Assembly: GCA_049322255.1 (NCBI GenBank)
Contig: JBMORE010000002.1
Location: forward strand, 1-42,698
DNA from: Myxococcota bacterium
Lineage (GTDB): Bacteria > Myxococcota > Myxococcia > Myxococcales > Myxococcaceae
Reading direction: 5' to 3'
DNA length: 42,698 bases
Part shown: piece after piece, positions 35,494-42,698 of the stretch
Position numbering within the stretch: the stretch's first letter is position 1
Layout: every line of letters starts with the position of its first letter
Made by a program: the position numbers and the translations under genes
The notes under the pieces: model-generated
What the model saw: only the letters and a program-made list of their open reading frames with translations
Database searches by the model: none
Told to the model about the DNA's origin: nothing

Positions 35494-37742
35494 TGTCCCT
35501 CCACGCTGGCCGGAGCCTCCGCGGAAGCAGCCGCGGCAGATGTAGGCTCGCTCGGTTCCTTCGCTTGGGGGCGTTGCTCGTCGCGCCGCTGGCCGTCACC
35601 GCCCCGGCCTTCACGCCGGCCCCGGTCTCGATCTCTGCCTCTGCCACGGCCGCGGTCCCGTCCCCGCTCACGCTCGCGCTCGTTGTTTTGGGGTGGCCGC
35701 TGCTTGGGTGCCCCGTAGCTCTGCTCGGCGTCGAAGACCTGGCTCGAGGCGGCGACCTTGTGCTCGTTGCCCTGCGCGGTGCGGGCGTAGATGTCGTATT
35801 GCTCGCGGTGGTAGCTCGCCTGCGGCCGCACCTGAATGGTCTTGTTGAAGCGGTCCATCAGGTGGCGCAGCTCCTGCTTTTCGTCGCCCTGGAGCAGCCG
35901 CGCCACGTCGCCGTTGCAGTTGATGACCAGGGTCGGGTCTTTGTACGCCGCCGCCTCACGCCGCAGCTCGCGGAAGATTTCGTACGCCACGGTGGTGGCG
36001 GTCTTCACGTAGCCCTGGCCGTCGCAGTAGGCGCAGTCCTCGTGGAGCATGCGGGTGATGGACTCGCGCACCCGCTTGCGGGTCATCTCCACCAGGCCCA
36101 GCTCGGAGATGCGCAGCACGTTGGTCTTGGCTTTGTCGCGGCCGAGCGCCTCTTGCAGCGCCTTGAACACTTTGTCGCGGTTCTGCGGCTTCTCCATGTC
36201 GATGAAGTCGCAGATGATGATGCCGCCGATGTTGCGCAGCCGCAGTTGGTAGACGATCTCTTTGGCCGCCTCGACGTTGATTTTGGTAATCGTCTCCTCG
36301 AGGCTCTTCTTTCCCACGTAGCGCCCGGAGTTGACGTCGATCGCCGTGAGCGCCTCGGCCTGGTCGATGATGAGGTAGCCGCCGCTCTTGAGCCACACCT
36401 TGCGCTGCACCGCGCGGGAAAGCTCCTGCTCGATGCCGTAGGCGTCGAAGATCGGCTCCTCGTTGTCGTGCAAGAGCACCCGCTCGCGCAGCGCCGGGTC
36501 CTGCGCGGTGACGAAGTTCTGCACCCGCTCGTACTCTTCGCGTTCGTCGATGACCAGCTTCTCCACGTCCTGGGCGAAGAGGTCGCGGGTGGCGCGCAAG
36601 ATGAGGTCCAGCTCGGGCTGCACCAGCCCCGGGCCGCCGCGCTTCTCGGCGCGCTTGACCGTCTCGTTCCATACTTCGATGAGGAAGCGGATGTCCGCCT
36701 CCAGCTTCTCCTGGGGAACGGCCTCCGCCACCGTGCGCACGATGAAGCCCGTCCCCGGCGGGCGCATGCGGTCGACGATCTCGCGGAGCCGCCGGCGCTC
36801 CTTCTCGTTGGAGATGCGGCGGCTGATGCCCACGTGGTCCACGGTGGGCATGAACACCAGGTGCCGGCCGGGGATGGAGATGTGCGAGGTCAGCCGCGCC
36901 CCCTTGGTGCCAATCGGGTCCTTGGAGATCTGCACCAGCACCTCCTGGCCCACCTTGAGCAGGTCTTCGATCTTCGCCTGCTTGCGGTGCTTGACCTTGT
37001 CGTCCTCGCGGGCGCGGCGGTCGCGTTCGCGCTCACGGCGAGATTTCTCTCGCAGCCCTTGGTCGCGGGGGCCGCGGCGCTCTCCACGTGCTTCCTGAGA
37101 GACCTGCTCCAGCGCGGCGACTGTCGTAGCCGGCTCGGCGGCGGCGATGGCTCCCACCAGGGCAGCTGGCGCTCCGGCCTCGGCGATCGCCTGCGCCACC
37201 ACCTCGGTGCCGGAGGGAGGCTCCGTCGAGGGTGCTTCACCGCCAGGTGGCGGCTCGTTCGAAGCGGCCTCCGCCTCGTTCGTCCCTTCGCCGGCGCCGA
37301 TGGCCGGCATCTCGCCGCTCGAGGTGCGCTCGCCCTCGGGGGGAGGAAGGGCTCCGGGTGGCAGCTCTTGCACCTCCAGCTCGACCTCCTCCGCGGCGGC
37401 GTGCGCGGCGGGCTCTTCACCGCCAAAGGAGACGTCGGGGGAGACGTCAGGCACCTCGGCGGCCTCCTCGTGCTCGCCCTCGGTGAGCTCGAACTGCGCC
37501 CGGGCGCTCTCCGGGTCGTAGAGCACATCGCTCACGTAGAGGAAGGCGGCCTTGTCCAGGCCGACGTCGACGAAGGCCGCCTGCATGCCCGGGAGCACCC
37601 GGACCACGCGGCCCTTGTAGATGTTGCCGACGATTCCCTTGTCTTTCTTACGCTCGAGATAGAACTCGGCGATGTGCCCGTTTTCCACCAGCGCCACGCG
37701 GGTTTCCCGCCCCGCGGCGTTGATGACGAGAATGCTGCTCAT
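35490..37742 (-). CDS. rne: Ribonuclease E/G family
   Basis: GNIYKGRVVRVLPGMQAAFVD, VQISKDPIGTKGARLT, IDVNSG, QLRLRNIGGIIICDFIDM, CxxC Zn link. Confidence 0.93.
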   Translation of the reverse strand: MSSILVINAAGRETRVALVENGHIAEFYLERKKDKGIVGNIYKGRVVRVLPGMQAAFVDVGLDKAAFLYVSDVLYDPESARAQFELTEGEHEEAAEVPDVSPDVSFGGEEPAAHAAAEEVELEVQELPPGALPPPEGERTSSGEMPAIGAGEGTNEAEAASNEPPPGGEAPSTEPPSGTEVVAQAIAEAGAPAALVGAIAAAEPATTVAALEQVSQEARGERRGPRDQGLREKSRRERERDRRAREDDKVKHRKQAKIEDLLKVGQEVLVQISKDPIGTKGARLTSHISIPGRHLVFMPTVDHVGISRRISNEKERRRLREIVDRMRPPGTGFIVRTVAEAVPQEKLEADIRFLIEVWNETVKRAEKRGGPGLVQPELDLILRATRDLFAQDVEKLVIDEREEYERVQNFVTAQDPALRERVLLHDNEEPIFDAYGIEQELSRAVQRKVWLKSGGYLIIDQAEALTAIDVNSGRYVGKKSLEETITKINVEAAKEIVYQLRLRNIGGIIICDFIDMEKPQNRDKVFKALQEALGRDKAKTNVLRISELGLVEMTRKRVRESITRMLHEDCAYCDGQGYVKTATTVAYEIFRELRREAAAYKDPTLVINCNGDVARLLQGDEKQELRHLMDRFNKTIQVRPQASYHREQYDIYARTAQGNEHKVAASSQVFDAEQSYGAPKQRPPQNNERERERGRDRGRGRGRDRDRGRREGRGGDGQRRDEQRPQAKEPSEPTSAAAASAEAPASVEGQ

Positions 37743-38050
37743 GGAAAAGACCTGACCGCGCGCCGCGCTCTCCCGGGAGTACCGGACGGAAGACGGACTC
37801 CTGGCAGGCGAGCTGGCGCGCTGTGGGTGAGGCGAGGAATGCTGTGAATAGGGTTTCCACCACTGTGGCCCCACCTGGTTTCAACTACTCGAGCCCTTCG
37901 ATTCCGACGACTTGCGTGCCCCAAGGCCAAGCGGCCGGGCGCGTGACGGGACCGTCAGGCTTTCCGTCGAAAGCTTGTGAACGTGGCTAACCTGTCACGG
38001 AATGGGGCGGCAATGCAAAGGAAACGCCCCAAAAATCGTCAGCGGGCCGT

Positions 38051-38499
38051 TCATGCTTCGGCGGAGGCTGACTTGGTCGAGGGCTTTTCGGGGCGCGGCC
38101 CCCGTGGGCGCCACACCAGACGCAGGCCGGTCCAAGTCTCGTCGAGAACGCAGATCTTGTTGTCGACCAGGCCCATCTCGAGTGCCGCGAGGCGGATGAA
38201 GTCCTCGGAGAGTGTGTGGCGGGGCTGGGTGCCCAGCTTGGGTCGCGGCCAAATGACCCAGATGCTGCCGGTGACGGCCATGGCGCGGGAGAGGGCGGGC
38301 AGGCGTTCGAGCAGCTCCACCTTGTCGCCAGTGAAGAAGAGGATGACGTCCAATCCGGTGGAGGCGGTGACCAGGAACTCGACGCCCTCGGGCAGCGGGT
38401 TGAGCCTTTGCACGAAGCCCGGGGGAGGGTTGAGCAGCGACACCTTGGAGCCTGCCCGAATGCCGAGCATCGCCGGGAGCGGTGAGAGCAGGTAAGGGC

Positions 38500-38503
<4 letters not shown>
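38051..38503 (-). CDS. DUF3052-like protein
   Basis: [39 protein letters not shown]. Confidence 0.7.
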
Positions 38504-40839
<2,336 letters not shown>

Positions 40840-40962
40840 GCCCAGCGTTTTTCAAGCGCCCACTTCGGGTGCTCTCCCTTTTCCAAAGCAAGGTCGCACT
40901 CCCAGGGCTTCCCGGCAAGGGATTCCAGCGCGGCCATCCCCTTCATCCGAAGACGACACATC

Positions 40963-42534
40963 ATGCGCAAAGCCAGGACCAGTAGAGAGAAGGCCACCGA
41001 CGAGATGGAGCAGGTAGAAGAGACCGCCGACGAGAAGCCGAAGCGGAGGAAGGCGAAGGCCGACGGCGAGGAGAAGCCCCGGCGCCGCTCGCGCGACGAG
41101 GAAGAGGGCGAAGGCGACGAGGCTCACTTGCGGCCGGTGTTGACCGCGATGGCCGGGCGCGAAGAAGAGGGCGCGGGCGCAAAGGCCAGCTTCGCTCCTG
41201 CCGCTCACCTGCCGCCCGCTCCGCCTTCTCCCCAGGCGCCCTCGCTCTCCGAGGCGCGTCCTGGTGAGCCGATGCAGGCCCTGCGCCTCAACGACCTCAA
41301 GCGGATGAAGATCATCGAGCTGTCGAAGATGGCGCACGAGCTGAACATCGAGGGCGCCCAGGGCCTCAAGAAGCAGGAGCTGCTCTTCGCCATTCTCTCC
41401 GGCATCGCCGACAAGCGCTACGAGGTGCACGCCGAAGGAGTGTTCGAGCTGCTGCAGGACGGGTTCGGCTTTTTGCGCAGCGCCGACTCCGACTATCAGC
41501 CCTCGCCCGACGACATCTATGTCTCTCCCTCGCAGGTGCGCCGCTTCAACCTGCGCCCGGGGGACACGGTGGAGGGCTCCATTCGCCAGCCGCGCGAGGG
41601 GGAGCGCTTCTTCGCCTTGCAGAAGGTCGACAAGATCAACTTCGTCGACCCCTTGGGCGCCGAGGTGAAAGAGCGCATTCTCTTCGACAACCTCACTCCG
41701 CTCTACCCCACCAAGAAGCTCAAGCTGGAGCACGACGGGGCCGAGCTGACCACCCGCATCATCGACATGTTCTGCCCCATCGGCATGGGCCAGCGCTGCC
41801 TCATCGTGGCGCCGCCCAAGGCGGGCAAGACGGTGCTGATGCAGAACATCGCCCACGCCATCTCCGCCAACCACCCGGACATCGTCCTCATCGTGCTCCT
41901 GGTCGACGAGCGCCCCGAGGAAGTGACCGACATGGAGCGCAGCGTGCGCGGCGAGGTGGTGTCGTCGACCTTCGACGAGCCGGCCACCCGGCATGTGCAA
42001 GTGGCGGAGATGGTCATCGACAAGGCGCGGCGGCTGGTGGAGCAAAAGCACGACGTGTGCATCCTGCTCGACTCCATCACCCGCTTGGCGCGGGCCTACA
42101 ACACGGTGGTGCCGCCGTCGGGGAAGATTCTCTCCGGCGGTGTCGATGCCAACGCGCTGCACAAGCCCAAGCGCTTCTTCGGCGCGGCCCGCAACATCGA
42201 GGAGGGCGGCTCGCTCACCATCATCGGCACCGCGCTGATCGACACCGGCAGCCGCATGGACGAGGTCATCTTCGAGGAGTTCAAGGGCACCGGGAACTCG
42301 GAGATCGTCCTCGACCGCAAGCTCTTCGAGAAGCGCATCTTCCCCTGCCTGGACATCAACAAGTCGGGCACGCGCAAAGAAGAGCTGCTCTTGCCCGAGG
42401 CCGACCTGATTCGCATCACCGCGCTGCGGCAGGTCTTGCACCCGTTCACCCCTGTGGACGCGATGGAGTTCGTGCTCAAGCACATGCGGCCCACCAAGTC
42501 GAACGCCGAGTTCCTCGGGTCGATGAACCGGTAG
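40963..42534 (+). CDS. rho: Transcription termination factor Rho with N-terminal extension
   Basis: [50 protein letters not shown]. Confidence 0.98.
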   Translation: MRKARTSREKATDEMEQVEETADEKPKRRKAKADGEEKPRRRSRDEEEGEGDEAHLRPVLTAMAGREEEGAGAKASFAPAAHLPPAPPSPQAPSLSEARPGEPMQALRLNDLKRMKIIELSKMAHELNIEGAQGLKKQELLFAILSGIADKRYEVHAEGVFELLQDGFGFLRSADSDYQPSPDDIYVSPSQVRRFNLRPGDTVEGSIRQPREGERFFALQKVDKINFVDPLGAEVKERILFDNLTPLYPTKKLKLEHDGAELTTRIIDMFCPIGMGQRCLIVAPPKAGKTVLMQNIAHAISANHPDIVLIVLLVDERPEEVTDMERSVRGEVVSSTFDEPATRHVQVAEMVIDKARRLVEQKHDVCILLDSITRLARAYNTVVPPSGKILSGGVDANALHKPKRFFGAARNIEEGGSLTIIGTALIDTGSRMDEVIFEEFKGTGNSEIVLDRKLFEKRIFPCLDINKSGTRKEELLLPEADLIRITALRQVLHPFTPVDAMEFVLKHMRPTKSNAEFLGSMNR

Positions 42535-42571
42535 GCCGATGCGCGGTGGTGGTCACCGTGCAGCCCGGCTA
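42532..42571 (+). terminator. Hairpin after rho, abutting the IS insertion site
   Basis: TGCGCGGTG-GTGGT-CACCGTGCA stem with outer GCCG/CGGC pairing; no U-tract before the IS. Confidence 0.45.
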
Positions 42572-42698
42572 CTAGAGAGCTGATCCCGTTAGGCGCCAAG
42601 GGGATCGACGTCGGCGTGGAAAAATGATCTGTCATGGGCGGAGGTAACGCCCATGTCTCTCCGCTGGTCGCCGCGAATCAAGCCCTCGAAATCCGAGG
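42572..42698 (+). mobile_element. Insertion sequence end (partial); CTAG target; probable transposase start at 42653 running off the window
   Basis: Inverted identical copy of 1-124; GGAGG SD and ATG TCT CTC CGC TGG (MSLRWSPRIKPSKSE). Confidence 0.8.

Noticed and set aside
37743..38050. tRNA or known ncRNA in the larger intergenic gaps
   Set aside because: No cloverleaf or T-loop/CCA pattern recognised by eye anywhere in the window; tRNAscan/Rfam not run

Overview
High-GC 42.7 kb window, most likely a whole contig from a myxobacterium (Myxococcota). The basis is a TIGR02266-type PilZ gene, a myxobacterial REP-like palindrome, DGG-rich linkers and the gene content. Both ends carry the same 124-bp IS end in inverted orientation, each abutting CTAG, so the contig probably breaks at two copies of one IS. 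Contents in order: BON, CBS, RecQ, a displaced bat-locus membrane gene, hypotheticals, a secreted Ig/beta-helix protein, amidase, clpP, an RHH-MazF toxin-antitoxin pair, a GNAT remnant, a PqqD/RRE-like-TPR-HlyD fusion, batABCDE, an ABC transporter split by a decayed Phd-PIN module, a receiver, PilZ, patatin, a reduced type III secretion cluster, then IHF/HU, yihY, PilZ, RNase E/G, acylphosphatase, ligA and rho. The most interesting signal is the T3SS cluster (24730-33385). Its first two small ORFs look like a needle subunit (SctF/PrgI-like C-terminus) and an inner rod (SctI), in prgI-prgJ-prgK-orgA order. They are combined with flagellum-type FliO, and the cluster has no ATPase, SctD or secretin. 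All family calls come from reading motifs and from memory, not from database searches.
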